This document shows positions 34,307 through 46,635 of a stretch of 53,673 nucleotides of DNA, piece after piece. This stretch comes from Pelomyxa schiedti. Its lineage: Eukaryota > Protista > Evosea. The stretch is from positions 1 to 53,673 of the forward strand of contig JAHLWZ010000753.1 in assembly GCA_020536535.1 (NCBI GenBank), written 5' to 3'. The notes under the pieces are model-generated. The model was given only the letters and a program-made list of their open reading frames with translations, had not been told where the DNA came from and did no database searches. The first letter of the stretch is position 1, and the number at the start of each line of letters is the position of its first letter. The position numbers were made by a program, and so were the translations under genes.

Positions 34307-35521
34307 ATGGATGGAGACAACAGCCTGTTGGATGGAGGAGACAACAACAAGTCCCCAACAACATCGGAGATGCAAACCGTTGACAAACAGCAAGAAGAAC
34401 GACAACAAACACAAATGCCGGTGAGGCCACAAAATGAGGCTGTGTCAGATATTTTGAAAAATGCCAAGCTTAACCTGGACCGAATGGCTTTCCATGCTGA
34501 AACGGTTTTGTTTGTTTTTTGTATTGTTGCACATTTGACTTTTTTTTCACCAGTGTGCACTTGGAGTCACAATCGAAATTGATGATAACTTGGCAAAAAT
34601 ACGAGCATCAATTCTGGACATTGTGGATAAGAAAATTGCACAATTAAAAGCAGAAGTGCAAGCAAACTTGCTGGTTTGCACCGAGTTTGTACCCTAACAA
34701 TGTCTTTTTTCTAATTTCCTTTCAACAGAATTCAGTGCTGACACTCACATCTTTCAATGCACCAGAGTACACGGCCAGACAGAAAGTATATTGGCCAGCT
34801 CATCAATCATTCATTGACACTCAATCAGCTTATATGCCCCGGGGAACAATTATTGGAGGGGTGGAAAAATTCACTGGATTGCATCTATATAAGAAAAGGT
34901 GTGCCATTTTCTTCTTTACAATTAACACAACAAGGGGCACATATTCTGGACTTGCCTCCTGATGTGCTGTCACATATTGTTGAATACTTACCGCATGAGT
35001 GTATCATTTCTACTCGCACAGTGTGTACCAGTTTCTTGGATGCTGTTCAGACAGGTAAGTCTACCAGTTTAGCCCTTGCGATCCCACCCACCTCATTTTC
35101 AGTTCATGGGTGCAAAAACTGCACCTTTTCAACAGAGGCCAATTGGCATGGATCAGAGTGGGAGATAGCAGAAGTCAACTCAATTTCCACACCCTGCATG
35201 GACTTTAAGCTGCTCTTGCTGACTAATTCTAAGGGCCTGGGGGTGTATTTGTATAGAACCAGCAAGCAGATGTATGCCCGCGCAAAGAGATTCACCATAG
35301 AAGTAACAGATGGTGACCCACTTGCCTGTGATGACCAGAAGGCAACGGTTTGGAGAGAGGTTTTTGTTTGCAACACTCAAGAACTGTGTAACATGACAAA
35401 CCCCACCACGTCCCGAGGGAGAGTGATTCCAATGAAAACAGTGCCATCCAAACTGCACATCTCCCTCGCAATCAATGATAGACTCATCATCACAAGGAAA
35501 CCCAAGAACTCGACCTTTTGA
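34307..35521 (+). CDS. F-box protein, tandem paralogue 1 (multi-exon)
   Basis: F-box ILDLPPDVLSHIVEYLPHECIISTRTVCTSF. N-terminal NAKLNLDRMA and C-terminal GCKNCTFSTEA..TPCMDF are shared with the next two genes. Confidence 0.78.
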
Positions 35522-35670
35522 TTTTTGTTTGTTCTGCGAATTCACCGACTTTGACAGTACTTACCGGGGTAGCAGCATGCTGCGTGCACAATTCGATAAA
35601 AGATCCCTTGTGAGCAAGACACGGCAACCTACAGCAACAGCAAGATCTGGGGCTTCAAAACGCAACAACA

Positions 35671-36906
35671 ATGCGCAAACAACCACAACAAGCAGTGCCG
35701 CAGTCAAACGGGGGTGCGCCGGGCTACAAAGATGCGGCAATGCGGGGACTGACACTGCCGTCACGGAAAGAGGTGCAGGAGGAAGTTGTGCGGGGTCACA
35801 GGAGCGATGATGATGTTGCCTCGATTGTGGGAGATGCGATTAAGAACTTGCGGCGCTCTGCCGATGATGCTGAAAAGGTTCGCTTGCTTTCTTTGTTTTG
35901 CTTTCTTTTAATTTGCTCCTCCAATGTGATGTGGATGAACAGCGTGCTGATGAAGTAACGGCTGAAATTGATGGCACTTTGACCACGCTCAGAGCGGAAA
36001 TGGTGGCGATGGTGGACAGAAAGGCTGCTGAACTGAAAGCTGAAGTTCGGAAGAGCCTCATGGTTTGGATGTTTTCTTAAACCAACAAAAACCACGCTTA
36101 CCTCCTTCAACAGAGTCACTTGAATGCACTTAAGTTACTAAACATGGAGTACGTGGGCATGCAAAGAGTATGCTTTCCACTTTATTATATCTTTGCATTC
36201 TTTCTAATAAACTCGTGAAATCTCAGTTCATATGCCCAGAAGAACGTGTGGTGAAAGAGTTGACAAAATCATTGAATACCATGTTTATATTACAAGGTTT
36301 TGTTGGCACTCGCACCCTTAACTAGCCCAACTTTTCTCAAGGGACACACATTGTGGACTTGCCTGATGAGATGTTGGCACATATTGTTGGCTACTTGCCA
36401 CTCAAATCTATCACTGCCACTCGTGCGGTTTGCCACACATTTTGTAAAGCTGTTCAGATGGGTAAGAGTTATTAATACCTGTATTTACCTTCTTGTGTAA
36501 TAATCCATTGTCAGTTTACGGCTGCAAAGACCACACATTTTCAATGAAGGCGAAGAGAAATGGTTCATCTTGGGCAATAACAGGCGGCAGCACTTTCTCG
36601 ACACCATGCATGGACTTCAAGGTGATGGTGGAGTCAAATGCTGCCGGTATGGGAGTACATCTTGCCATCTTCAATGAGCGGCTGTATGGGCAGGCCAAGG
36701 CTGTAGACGTGAAGCTGACCACCACCAACAACAACAAGAAGAAACTGTTTCAGGAACGTCACATTGTAATAACCACCACTAAGCTGCGTGACATGTTCAA
36801 TGGAGAACGTGGACCCAACCTATCGTTTCACTTCACTGGTGGGTCAGTACCAAGCCAAGTGAAAGTCTCCCTCACAATCAATGATACACCACTCAACAAT
36901 GTTTGA
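35671..36906 (+). CDS. F-box protein, tandem paralogue 2 (multi-exon)
   Basis: HIVDLPDEMLAHIVGYLPLKSITATRAVC encoded near 36347-36433; YGCKDHTFS..TPCMDF. Start is 35671 or 35740. Confidence 0.72.
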
Positions 36907-37138
36907 AACATGCATTCCTACTTGTTTTTGCATTGCAGTGCCGGAGGAAGTTGGGCCGGGTTGCTCCCATAGGGGATGCAATTAGGAACTCGTGGACGCC
37001 ATTGCAGAGGCTTTTCTCCGTTGGAGTTATTTGGTCATGTGAAGGAAAAGTCGCTAAGGCTCTAGACGAGGCCCCTGCGTGCCACGCGTTTAAACAGATT
37101 AGATTTTTGTTGTCGGTCTAGCAGTTCACCGTTTTAAA

Positions 37139-38339
37139 ATGCAACCGGCGCCAAAGCGGGCTAGGACCGACAGGACACAAGGTACAGAGTTATTGCACGA
37201 ATCCACAGATCCTCGCGTGAACTTGTGCCGGGAGACGGAGGAGAGTGCCACGGTTTCGTCATATTTGGAGAGCGCCAAGGCCAACCTGGATCGCATGGCT
37301 GCCGATGCAGAAAGGGTTTTTCCTTTTTTTTTTTTTTTTTTTTTTGCAGTGTTTTGTTGTTGACACACTTGTGTTTAGCGTGCAAATCATGTAAAAATGG
37401 AAATCGACGATACTTTGAACAGCATTAGAGCGGAAATGATGGCAATGGTGGATAAAAAGATTGCTGACTTGAAAGAACAAGTGCAAATAAACCTACTGGT
37501 TTGCTCCTGTTGTTAACTTAGTTATTCCAACATATTTTCTTTCCCAAAAAAGACATCGATGAACGCACTCACATCTTTGGACACAGCAGAAGCCACTATG
37601 ACACAGAAAGTATGCTTTCAGCTTCACCTCGTTCTAATATGGGCACTATCAGCTCATATGTCCTGAAAGGCCATATATGCTGCTGAAGGAGCTGGGGATG
37701 TCATTGAATGGATTCTCCATAAGAAAAGGTGTGTCTGTATAGTTTGCTTCCCTTCAAATCTCCAAAGGGACCCACATTCTGGACTTGCCCCTCGATGTTT
37801 TGTCCCACATTGTTGGCTATTTACCACCTGAGGCTGTAACTGCTACTCGTGCGGTCTGTACCCTTTTTTTGGATGCTGTTGGCATGGGTAGAAGCTTCCA
37901 GTTACTACTATGTAATAACAAATTCTCAGTTTACGGTTGTAAAAACTGCACATTTTCAACAGAGGCTAAGAGGGTTGGGCAAATTTGGGAAATCACAGGC
38001 AACAATTTTCCCACACCATGCATGGACTTTGAAATGTGTGTGTGTCAAATGGCAAATGGTGTGGGAGTCTCCTTCCGCATCACCAGCAGGCGTCTGTATG
38101 CCCAAGGCAAAAAGATTGATATTAGACTGACAGATGATGGCCAATGGAGCTGCCCAGTTCGGCTACGTTTCACCACCAAGATACTGTCTGATATTTCGCA
38201 GCCCAAAGGCACAAAAAGAGGCAGGATACTTCATGCAACATTTATTCCAGACACCTTCAAAATATCCCTAACAATCAGCGACTGCACTGCACATGCTAAA
38301 GTAACAAACAAACCACTAGCGCCTCCCCCCCAGGACTGA
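37139..38339 (+). CDS. F-box protein, tandem paralogue 3 (multi-exon)
   Basis: SAKANLDRMA; ILDLPLDVLSHIVGYLPPEAVTATRAVC; YGCKNCTFSTEA..TPCMDF. Confidence 0.78.
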
Positions 38340-38432
38340 GAAAATTCAAAAAACCCGAGATATTTTTTCTGTTTTTAATTTTTGTGATAACCACCAAGGC
38401 GGCCGGATCTGCGACACCAAGACGGGTCTGAG

Positions 38433-38501
38433 ATGGCGAGTAGTACTGGAGGGAGGCTGTCGCGGGAGGAATACGCAAAGAGAAAACAGTTGGAGGAGGC
38501 C
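38433..38501 (+). pseudogene. SLU7: 5' fragment (23 codons) resembling the pre-mRNA splicing factor SLU7 N-terminus
   Basis: MASSTGGRLSREEYAKRKQLEEA matches the SLU7 N-terminal SREE..K..LEEARKAG pattern, then breaks into unrelated sequence. Confidence 0.55.
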
Positions 38502-38505
38502 ATCA

Positions 38506-38692
38506 TCAATCAATTTTTTTTTTCACATCAACAAACAGTCGTTTTTGGAGACAGTTTGTTGTGGCACTGGAACCGCCATCGCGATCGCCACTCCTCAACA
38601 TGGTACTGTTGTCCCAGCAGTTGCACCACACCACACCCAGTGTCACACTCACACCAATGAACAAATGAACTCTTTGTACTGTGGGATGGGCA
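38506..38692 (-). pseudogene. Fragment of the expanded hypothetical family
   Basis: RVHLFIGVSVTLGVVWC matches the family motif of 26658-27422 and 30064-31389. Abuts the gap. Confidence 0.6.
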
Positions 38693-38792
38693 NNNNNNNN
38701 NNNNNNNNNNNNNNNNNNNNNNNNNNNNNNNNNNNNNNNNNNNNNNNNNNNNNNNNNNNNNNNNNNNNNNNNNNNNNNNNNNNNNNNNNNNN
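38693..38792. other. Assembly gap (100 N)
   Basis: Run of N. Confidence 1.
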
Positions 38793-39209
38793 AGTGATCC
38801 AATCACTCCACGAACCAGGGTACATCTTGGGCATCCCAAGGCCAGAGTGCACAACAGAAAGAACACACAGCCCAACCACAATCCCAGCTGAACATGACAT
38901 TATCACCCTGTCCGCTGGCACTCCCCCAAACACAGCCTCGTACTTGGCCCGAAGCTCCTCGCGTGTGAGTGGCATCCCTGTGGTTGTGTTGATGTTCTGC
39001 TGGAACGGCACGTTGATGAACCCAGGGATGTGCCCGGCAACTGGGTCCACAGGCTCGCTCTGCCCTGTGAACCTCTCTGCTGGGCGGGTGTTCTTTCTGT
39101 TGTGCACTCTGGCCTTGGGATGCCCAAGATGTACCCTGGTTCGTGGAGTGATTGGATCACTGACCCTTCGAGGCCCACTGTCACCTTGTTACCTCCCAAA
39201 GAGCCTTGA
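38793..39209. pseudogene. Rearranged C-terminal rhodanese domain of a thiosulfate/3-mercaptopyruvate sulfurtransferase
   Basis: Minus strand: RPAERFTGQSEPVDPVAGHIPG..MSCSAGIV..YPGSWSDW. Plus strand 39088-39209 repeats the end and finishes DPSRPTVTLLPPKEP*. Confidence 0.8.
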
Positions 39210-39347
39210 TGAAGTGAAGTTCCAAACATCACTCCTTCCCAGAAAGCAAATGAAAAAATTTGTTTTCATCCTTCGTCGGGTAGCCACGGTGGTATCACCG
39301 CCCTTAGCTCACCCGATAAGCCAAACTCCATTATAAACTCCATTATA

Positions 39348-41459
39348 ATGGGACATAATTTCTCCTCCGAACCACCCACCCTTGCCTCGTTGGAGGCCAA
39401 GGTGTTCGCACGTCACACGCTGGATGGTATCAAGTCACTCAGGTCATCACAAGGACGATTATGGGCCAGACTCATGAGGGCATGCGTCAAGGGCGGTGCA
39501 ACCAAAGTGAGGGCTGCCGCTGAATCTGTTCCTGTTGGTGACGAACGCCAAGTTGCTGCAAGGGAAAGGTAAAAAAAATTTTCAGCCATTTTGTGGCGAG
39601 GTGAGCTAAATATTTTGTGCCACACATTTATTAAAATTAATAAAATATTTACAGCTGTTATTGTTACATATGTACTTAATGTCAGCACAGCTCCCATCTC
39701 AGAGAGTATAACGTTATTCACGTTTGCGCCCATCTGGGGCACCTGGCCGAAATGAATGTGATTCTCAACACATGGGCTTCCAGACCACCCTACAACACAA
39801 TGATGAAAGCTGATGCCATGAAGTGGCTGGTGGATGAAGTCTCCAGTGATGGTTATACATCGCTTACCATTGCGGTCAGAAACAGATACACCGATATTGC
39901 GGAATGCTTGGTTACAGAGTGGCATGCTGATACAATGTACTGTTCCAAAGGTACAGACGAAGGCGCCTTCTGCAACTGGAATGTGCTTCATTTTTGCGCG
40001 GCATACAACCAATACAAGTGTGCTGACTTGATCCTTTCGTCTTGTGATACTTCGATGAAGATTTCCCTGTTGCAATGCCTTGGCGGAGGCGGCAGTCACA
40101 CCCCACTTGAAACTGCAATCCAAACCTCCTACTGTGTGGAGACGGTGATGGCAATTGCCAATCCGAAGTGGGGGCAACCTGTTCTATCTGCAATGGAGGA
40201 GAGGAAACCGCTACTCTTCGCTGCCATGGCACAGTCTGATTCATCATTCGAATATCTCTGCAGTGTCTTTAGTGAGGGATTGATAGAGATACTGGTTACA
40301 GCACGATCCCGCTTCCGAAGAAAACTTCTGGATTATCCAAAGTTCTCTAGTATCGCTAACCAGCCGTTCCAACTCCACGGTGGAACGGTTACACCATTGT
40401 ACTTTGCCGTAGCTAAGGGATCAATCAACATGGTGATAAAACTCCTCGCACTTGGTGCGGACCCAAATGTGGTCTGCGCATTGGGTGTGGAATGGTTTTG
40501 TGAGCAGTTTAAACCGTATAGGGCATTTGATCTGTACCCTTGGGGTTCGAGTCCAATGACCCTTGCCGTTGCCACCCTCCGAAAAGACATGGTGCAAGAA
40601 ATGGCACGCTGTGGGGGTATCCTCACCCCTAAATTTTGCAGGCGTTGGAGTAAATATGATCCAGCTTTTTCACTTGCAAGTTACCTCGATGGTACTTTTT
40701 TGCTGAGTGTCGTCATTCTATTAACCATTGCTAGGGTCATGGGAGGAACACCTGGAAAGACTCTCTGACCACTGCTCCGAACTCCATGCTTCTATGCCTC
40801 TGTTGTCATATTCTTTAGTGCCAGTAGAATTTATGTGCGAATTTCCGATCTCATTTCTTTGTCTTATCCCAGTCATACAATTCCCAGTGTGAGCGAATCC
40901 ATCACCTCCATGATGATTCAGTACAAGGCTGAAATTACCGGAGTTCTGGAGCTGCTTGATATCAAATCACTGGGGAGGATACAGCGGACTTCGAAATTTT
41001 GGTGAGTACCCCTTGTTCTCACCGCACTCCCATGCAACATACAAACAATAATATTAATGTTGAGGTATCAAATGGGCCGATCCAACTCCCTGTGGAAGGT
41101 TTCTGTTTCAGTCTTTAAATAATTGCTCATTCTCCCAACCAGAGTGCTTTGTTGAATTCCAGCATGAAATGGGAAAGAAAAATCCGGGATCAACTTATTC
41201 TCAGCACCCAGCTCCTTGACAATGATTCCACCAAGGTTCCTATTTTCATTCACTTCCACACAACTCGTAAACACACCCACCCACACCACAGTGGAAGCAT
41301 GCTGCGTTCTTCTGGGTGGCCCGGAACCTATGTGTCAAGTGCGGGCACAAATACCGGCAGTGTGATGCATTCCACTGTAGGTCCCACAACCGTAAGCATG
41401 TTCCCAGGTATGTCTACAAAGAGCTCGATCAATTCTCGGCTACGTTGCAGTCATTGTAA
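39348..41459 (+). CDS. Ankyrin-repeat protein with probable C-terminal F-box-like segment and Cys/His tail (multi-exon)
   Basis: Ankyrin motifs GYTSLTIAVRNRYTDIAECLV, NVLHFCAAYN and TPLYFAVAKGSINMVIKLLALGADPN. Downstream exons give VLELLDIKSLGRIQRTSKFWYQMGRSNSLWK and CVKCGHKYRQCDAFHC. MGHNFS start. The 3' exon model is hand-built. Confidence 0.62.
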
Positions 41460-41581
41460 GAGAAATAGGCGTTTTTGCTTCACAAAAAAAAGCCATGTCG
41501 CCAGCCTGCATTGTCCAGGTCTGATTCTTCAGCACCTGAGTACCATCACGCAGGTCTTCCACGAAAAACAGAGAGTGGGAA

Positions 41582-43057
41582 ATGGACTTCGTCGTTGTGA
41601 CGACCAACGGCGGCAGCGGGTGTCGACTGCTGCGAGCCCGCGACCAAGTTGGCGTGCTGCTGCTGGCATCTGCTGCCTCCTCGTCGCCGTCGTCGCTGGG
41701 GTTGTGTCGTCGTCCTCCAGAAGCAACGGTGACGTCATTGCAATCGCCTGCGTCCCCCCCAACGACAGCAGCACAACCGGCAACAAAAAAAGCAAAACTA
41801 ACAGACGAATGCTCAATGGCAACAACAGGCTCACATCATTCCACAACCACAACGCTTATGGCCGAGGGACATGTTGTGGGCAGGCTGGTGTGGGACTTGG
41901 TTGTGTCCACTGCCAGGGTGTTTGTGTTCGAGGTGAAGGGCTCAATTACTGTCGAGGGACAGACGGGACATAGGAGGGCACAGAGGTGTTTGTGCGTGAG
42001 GGTGTCACCACTGCTGCTCAGCATGGTTGGTGAGATAGATGACAGGGCTGTGGCTCCGTCGAGTTTCCAGTGGGTGGATGACACCAGGTACCTCCAGCAC
42101 TGCTCTGGGTCCCCAGACGAGTGGGTATTGTGCAGTGCCAGTTATGAGAAGGTTGGAGTACAACGGTCTGGGGACAGCAGTACGGATAATGGTGTGCTGC
42201 TCTGTGAGGATCCAGTGTGGCTTTTCAGTCGGTGTGTAGCAGTGAATTCCAAGTGGATTGTGTTGTTTGGTGGAGCCTCTGGTTCTTGTGAGAAGTTTCT
42301 TTTCCTTCACTGTTTAGAGGAGGCCAACAACAAAAGCTGCTGTTTACGTGAATTTGCTCAATACAAGGTTCCACTGGACCTCACCGAAGAAGATAATTTG
42401 GTTCGTTCCTTGCTGAACTTCTGCAAACAGAGGCCTGATGAGTTGCTGCTTATTGTCAACACGCAGAAGAAGAATGCAAAGATCGTTACTGCAGTCACTG
42501 TCTTTGACCTGGAGCAGACCAACACCACGGGAGCACTCTGTGTTCTCAGCACCACCACAGTGTGCTCATCTCTCCTTTGTGGAATCACAGATGCGTGTGT
42601 GACGAGGAAGCAAAATGGAGCTCGGTGTTTCATCTGCACAGTGTGGGTCCCTGACCCCAAAAGTACATTCGGAATATTGAACAGGAGTGGAGCTTCAGTG
42701 GAAGAGTTCAGTGGTCACGTCACACTGCTCGACCCCTCATTCACTTGGTTTCAACCTGTGAATGACTCTGTTTTCTTCATCAAGGATAATGCAGCATATG
42801 GAAAACTTCTGATCTGTGACTGCAACCACCCCACCAGCCCCTCACAGGTGGATCTATCCAGTTCTGGAATCAGGTACAACACCAGAAACCTCCCATCAGG
42901 GAAAGTGTGGTCACGCGTTTCAATGGAATCTGGGTTCCTCTTCTGTTCTGACAACTCACACCTCACAGTTGTTGAACCCTTCACTGGATTCTGTGTCCTC
43001 ACTCTCGAGTTTCCACTCTGTGACTTTCTGGTAGTGACGCCCCTGTTTTCTTGCTGA
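41582..43057 (+). CDS. Hypothetical protein, 491 aa, intronless; distant relative of the expanded family
   Basis: Long ORF. ARDQV, VNSKWIV and FDLEQT..G echo ARAQF, CNSKWVV and VDLQRS..G of 30064-31389. Confidence 0.78.
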   Translation: MDFVVVTTNGGSGCRLLRARDQVGVLLLASAASSSPSSLGLCRRPPEATVTSLQSPASPPTTAAQPATKKAKLTDECSMATTGSHHSTTTTLMAEGHVVGRLVWDLVVSTARVFVFEVKGSITVEGQTGHRRAQRCLCVRVSPLLLSMVGEIDDRAVAPSSFQWVDDTRYLQHCSGSPDEWVLCSASYEKVGVQRSGDSSTDNGVLLCEDPVWLFSRCVAVNSKWIVLFGGASGSCEKFLFLHCLEEANNKSCCLREFAQYKVPLDLTEEDNLVRSLLNFCKQRPDELLLIVNTQKKNAKIVTAVTVFDLEQTNTTGALCVLSTTTVCSSLLCGITDACVTRKQNGARCFICTVWVPDPKSTFGILNRSGASVEEFSGHVTLLDPSFTWFQPVNDSVFFIKDNAAYGKLLICDCNHPTSPSQVDLSSSGIRYNTRNLPSGKVWSRVSMESGFLFCSDNSHLTVVEPFTGFCVLTLEFPLCDFLVVTPLFSC

Positions 43058-44192
43058 TCATCAAAAGACTTGAAATTAACATTACCTAACCAGCTGTGTC
43101 AGTACCGCTGTGCGACTATGTCTTCAACGAGGCAGGGGAGGGGCGCAACTGCGATGACGACTACGGGACACCGGTGTAACAGACAAACCATACGAAAAGG
43201 CGACGAGCCGCAACAAAAACCAAACAAGTGACGAACCTATGTGAAATAAGATATGCGTTAATACTATGTTATGTTATTTTCACTATTACTATACTATACT
43301 CTCATTATTATTAGTTGCTGTCCAAGGATGACCTTTACATTGCGTCCTGGGAGTTCAAGACACCGAACTAAAAGGAGCGAGGATATTTGTGTTGTTCCAC
43401 CCTCTCTGTACACATACAACAGCAAAAGGAGCGGGGCCAGATGAGATGGGCGCCCTGGCCGCGGCTGCCACGGAGCGGGGAGCCCCATGGTGGTCGCCGT
43501 GGGCCGGGGCCACGCCGCCTGCTGGTGATTCACAAGTGATTTGTGAGGAACAACTATTCGAATATCTATGCACTGTCTTCAGAGCAAGATTGCTGGATTG
43601 AAATCCGAAAACAGCCAGAAGGCGGTTCCCATGTATGTCAACAAAGAACGCAAGCAATTCTCGTTGCGGTCATCAGAAAGAAGAAAAAAGGGAAATAGGT
43701 GGTTCTTTTTTGAGTTTGCCTTCATTCCTCATCCGTTGAAGCACTGCTGGTGTCAGCGTCATCTTCGTCACTATCTTGCCGCCGGTTGGGATTCTCTGTG
43801 AAGTAATCATCTTGTGTGACCGTTGGGAGGCATGTGATGTTGCTTTGCTTTAGTGTTCGTTTTTTGTTGGTGTTTTTTTGCTTTCCGGTATTTGTTGCTG
43901 CTGAGGATGTGGGTGTACGTTGTGTTGCTGTTGTTGGGGGTTGTTCTTGGGTTGAAGCCGGTGTGTTGGTGGTGTCATTTGCGGACGTTGTAGAAGTAAG
44001 GGTGGCACCGGGTTCGGAAAAGCATGATGGCCTGAGTGACAGTAAGGTTTAAATCATCAAGTGGAAAGGGGATCAGAACCATTTGTTGTCTTTTTTGAGC
44101 TGTTTGATCTGTTCCGGGGACAAGAGAGAATTGGGATTGTTGCCGGTGAAGTTCGCCGAATCTCTTGTTTTAAAGGTTCCGCATTTGCAGCG

Positions 44193-46387
44193 ATGAGCAC
44201 GGTGCTCCCTTATGGGGACCGTTGTCAGGCCATCAGGCACATTCTATACATATCACGGGTGGTGTGGGACAACGTGGTAGAGCCAGGCTGGCTCGACTCC
44301 CCATCGCCCTCCTCAGAAGACCCGGGGGGCTCCCGCAGCGGCGTGCACGCGTTCGCCGCCGCCGGGGCCATGTTCCCCCTCGTGGCCCTCGTGTGCTCCC
44401 GCTCCCTGCGCCGCGCCTTCGCCGAGGGCCCCTCGCACTACTCGGCCCTGTGGGCCGCGGCCATGGCGGGCAGCGGGTCCTGCGTCGCGTGGATCGTCGC
44501 CCGGCACAGGCGGGACCCGCGCCACGGGGCCAACAGCCCTCACACCTCGACGATCAAGGAGGCGGCGTGGGTGATGTACGGGCTGTGCGAATCTGGCAAT
44601 GTCCGTGCCGCCCGCTCTTTGTTCGGCGGCGAGGACGGCAGCCGGGGGACTTTCCCTTGGTCATTATGGGACGGATATAGAGTGCCGGAATGGTGCCGTG
44701 GTGTGGGTTTGGGTTCGGATTTGGCAGTTGGAGGAAGGAGCACAGCAGATACTGCTGAACTGAGGAATGACTTGATGGAATATGTGAAGGCGTGTGGCGT
44801 GATTATGGGTTGCTGGGGGCATGTTGAGTGCACAAAGTGGCTTGTGTATTCAGTGGGAATTAGAGACGACGACTCCCTTTGGGCTCTTCTTCCGATAATT
44901 AAGATGGCTTTCATGAGTGGGAAAATCGATACCGTCAAGTGGATGATGCGTGAATTTGATTTGGCAAAAAAGCTGCCTAGGTCCAGCTACCAAAGGGACT
45001 TGGTAAGTTGGTGCACCTCCGGCGACGCTCCGGAAACTGTGAAGTGGTATGTTGAGATTTTCCAAACCTGACAGAAGATAGTGGACTCCTGTCCAGTTTA
45101 ATAACTAACAAACGTGGCACTTTAGAGCTGTGTCAATGGCTGAGAGCTCAATTTCCAGCCGAAATTATCCATGAGTATACATTGGGATCAATAATGAACG
45201 CAGACGTTGCCAAGTGGGTGCTTTCAACTATCCCAGTTGAACAAACTGAAAAAAAACTGAATGAAATGTGCCAAACCATTTCAGATATTAACTTTGTGGA
45301 GTGGCTCGTCACTGAAAGGAACTTCACTCCAACAACAACCACATTTTTAAAGGTGTGCTCCACTTCCCGAGGTGGATGGACTCTTCCGCAATGGCTCTCG
45401 ACCAGGGTAAAACTGGGTCCGGGTGATATTCAGGTCTCCCTAGAACGCGCACTTTGCTGGAATAATATCGCAATTGCAGATTGGTTGGAGAGCACTTTTG
45501 GTGTCATGGGAACTCTACTGGAGTCATGCTTGTATAAATATGCCAGGATTTCTGCGATTACAAAGACGAATTGGGGGGACTGAACTGGTTCCTTCAGCAC
45601 CTGACACATCCTGAACAAATAACTGCAGCTTCAGTTCACAAGGCAATTGCAACAGCCCTGGGTTATTTCCGTTTCAACTTTGTATTACACCTCCTGGAAG
45701 TGTTCCCAAAACACAAGCCACAAAGCAGGGAACACAGAACTCCTGAAGGCAATGTTTGGAAAATTCGTAATATGGAACCATCCCAAACTGCAAAAGCTGA
45801 CCACCTTGTTTGACTGCTCGTTGTTTACCAGAGAGATGGTCGTAAGCTGCCTGACAGGTCGATCTTTCCGGCCCCTTTCCAGCAGATCCGTCAAGTGGGC
45901 AATTACACAGTTCCGCCTTGAAGCAAGTCACATCAAAATGAATCACAACAGCCTCCTCTACAGCCTTCTTCTGGAAAATAAAACAAACTGCGTGGCGTGG
46001 CTCATTGACTCCTTTGGAATCACTCTTGCTGAGGTGTTTACCCATACCCACAATCTTATCTTATGACGTCTAACATCAACAAAGGTAATCGATATGTTTG
46101 TGACAGTGCCACCCCTTCGGGGATACAGGTTTAAGATCAACCTGCAAATATGGAAGATGATTGTGCGCAAATTCCCAAGGATAGACACCGAAGTGGTACG
46201 CCAGCACTTCCTGGCAATTGCCGCCCATTCTCCAGCAATTGCCTCGTTCACAATGAACAAATTCGGAATCACACTGGATGAGATACGCCATCAGTTTGAT
46301 GACTACGAGAGGGAGATTGAAATGGAAGAAGAATACAGACCCTATCTCACAGATGAGCTTAGGATGTGGCTTGGCATCAGTGATTAG
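44193..46387 (+). pseudogene. Helical-repeat (degenerate ankyrin-like) protein with ~3 frameshifts
   Basis: Repeating 'KWL/EWL/DWL' helical units continue across frame changes near 45060, 45535 and 45728. Either a pseudogene or indel errors. Confidence 0.6.
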
Positions 46388-46635
46388 ACCTTTAGCCACC
46401 CAAGCAGGCCTTATGTTGGTGTGGTGTTTACAAAAAATTTTGGTTCCCAAGAGACTGTCAAATCATATCCAATGGGGAGCGCACTTCTAGACCCCCCACC
46501 TTCGAAAAATTCGAAGTTTTAGAATGGAAATAAAGTTTTGTTGTTTAGCGGGTTAGGTTAGAAGACAGCTATCAGATTTGATCAAATCCGCGAAAAAAGC
46601 TGCGACAGCTGAAAAACGCGAAGTCGAAGCGCCGA

